From a virus (Duplodnaviria > Caudoviricetes): 24,276 nt of DNA. A program made the position numbers and the translations under genes. Position 1 is the first letter of the stretch, and every line of letters starts with the position of its first letter. The notes under the pieces are model-generated. The model saw only the letters and a list, made by a program, of their open reading frames with translations. It was not told the DNA's origin and did no database searches. Where the stretch lies: positions 1 through 24,276 of IMG/VR virus record IMGVR_UViG_3300046824_000063. One strand, given 5' to 3'. Positions 23,477 to 24,276 of the stretch are shown one piece after another.

Positions 23477-24276
23477 ATGACGACGCTCGGGAGCCTGGTG
23501 AAGGCGCCTTCTCAGCCGCTGGATCTGGGCTCCCTGGTCGCATCGATCTCGCACATCCCCGGCGTCGCCGCCCTGGGCGCGGCCACCCCCGTCTCCCTGC
23601 TCGCTACCCTCGAAGCCTGGACCCACCAGGACGACGACGCTCACGAGCCGTGCTCCTTGATCGCCTGCCGCGCCCCGCTGCACCCCGGCCCCTGTAAGGG
23701 CTGGAAGGGCACCCTGCACTCCGTCTCCCCGCACATCTGGAAGCAGGTGGAAGACGAGCGGGTCGCGAAGGCCAACGCCCGCCGGGTGAAGCGGATCGCC
23801 GACCTGCGTTCGCAGGGCAAGCCCATCCCACGCAAGCTGCTCACCGAGATCAAGGCGAAGCCTGCCCCCGGCACCGGCTCCGGCCACACCCACCCGGCGA
23901 CCGGCGCCACCCCCACCCCGCTGGGCAAGGTCAACCAGCAGGCCGACCTTGCGGGTGGGCAGGCGCACAACGCCTCGCAGGCGATCAACCAGGCCGCCGG
24001 GATCAAGACGAACACGGCACCGTTGCCGACCGGCCCGAAGGGCAAGAAGCCGACCGTCGCCGGGCGCGGCCCCGCGTTCGTCATCACGCAGCCGAAGGTC
24101 ACCGACCAGTACAAGCTCGACAAGGCATCGAAGCTCACCGCGCAGGAATGGTCGGACCTTTCCCCGGCAGACCGGACCGCGATCCGTGACGAGCTGGAAG
24201 CGATCAAGGTGCGCGGCTTCGGCCCGCAGCAGACCCGCGCCGATGCCCTCCTGGCGAAGCTGCCCGCCGGGACGAC
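23477..24276 (+). CDS. large head-region protein, 3'-truncated by the window (MTTLGSLVKAP...; not in ORF track)
   Basis: Open frame to the window end; TATGCT 6 nt upstream suggests a leaderless start; contains CSLIACRAPLHPGPCKGWK. Confidence 0.8.
   Translation, partial: MTTLGSLVKAPSQPLDLGSLVASISHIPGVAALGAATPVSLLATLEAWTHQDDDAHEPCSLIACRAPLHPGPCKGWKGTLHSVSPHIWKQVEDERVAKANARRVKRIADLRSQGKPIPRKLLTEIKAKPAPGTGSGHTHPATGATPTPLGKVNQQADLAGGQAHNASQAINQAAGIKTNTAPLPTGPKGKKPTVAGRGPAFVITQPKVTDQYKLDKASKLTAQEWSDLSPADRTAIRDELEAIKVRGFGPQQTRADALLAKLPAGT

Larger units (their letters stand above)
1..24276. mobile_element. Actinobacteriophage / prophage genome segment (replication arm plus packaging and head module)
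   Basis: ERF recombinase, phage replication initiator, terminase, portal and MuF genes; tightly packed ATGA/GTGA-overlapping ORFs; divergent arms; no host housekeeping genes. No integrase or att site in the window, so phage vs prophage is not decidable. Confidence 0.95.

Noticed and set aside
1-24276. CRISPR array, integrase, IS elements
   Set aside because: No regularly spaced repeats and no recombinase or transposase motifs seen

Overview
High-GC (~70%) actinobacterial tailed-phage or prophage segment. The leftward arm (1-4206) carries replication and recombination genes: an ERF-family annealase, an HTH replication initiator with internal iteron-like repeats, a helicase-loader-like protein, a HicA-like protein and an HTH regulator. 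The rightward arm carries two tandem ParB/Srx-like proteins, small and large terminase, then an unusual ~7 kb accessory insert between terminase and portal. After that come portal, MuF minor head protein, a glycosyltransferase/methyltransferase/NDP-sugar epimerase cassette and a long head-region ORF that runs off the window. The most striking features are: (1) an array of 7-8 tRNA-like RNAs whose acceptor and T arms are largely preserved but whose anticodon loops are all non-canonical, interleaved with other highly structured non-coding RNA; (2) a dispersed 13-bp motif CAWGATCGAAAAC; (3) a repeated promoter family, including two hairpin-promoter cassettes flanking a macrodomain gene; (4) a Cys/His motif shared by two head-region proteins. 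All calls were made by eye from motifs; no database searches or folding programs were run.
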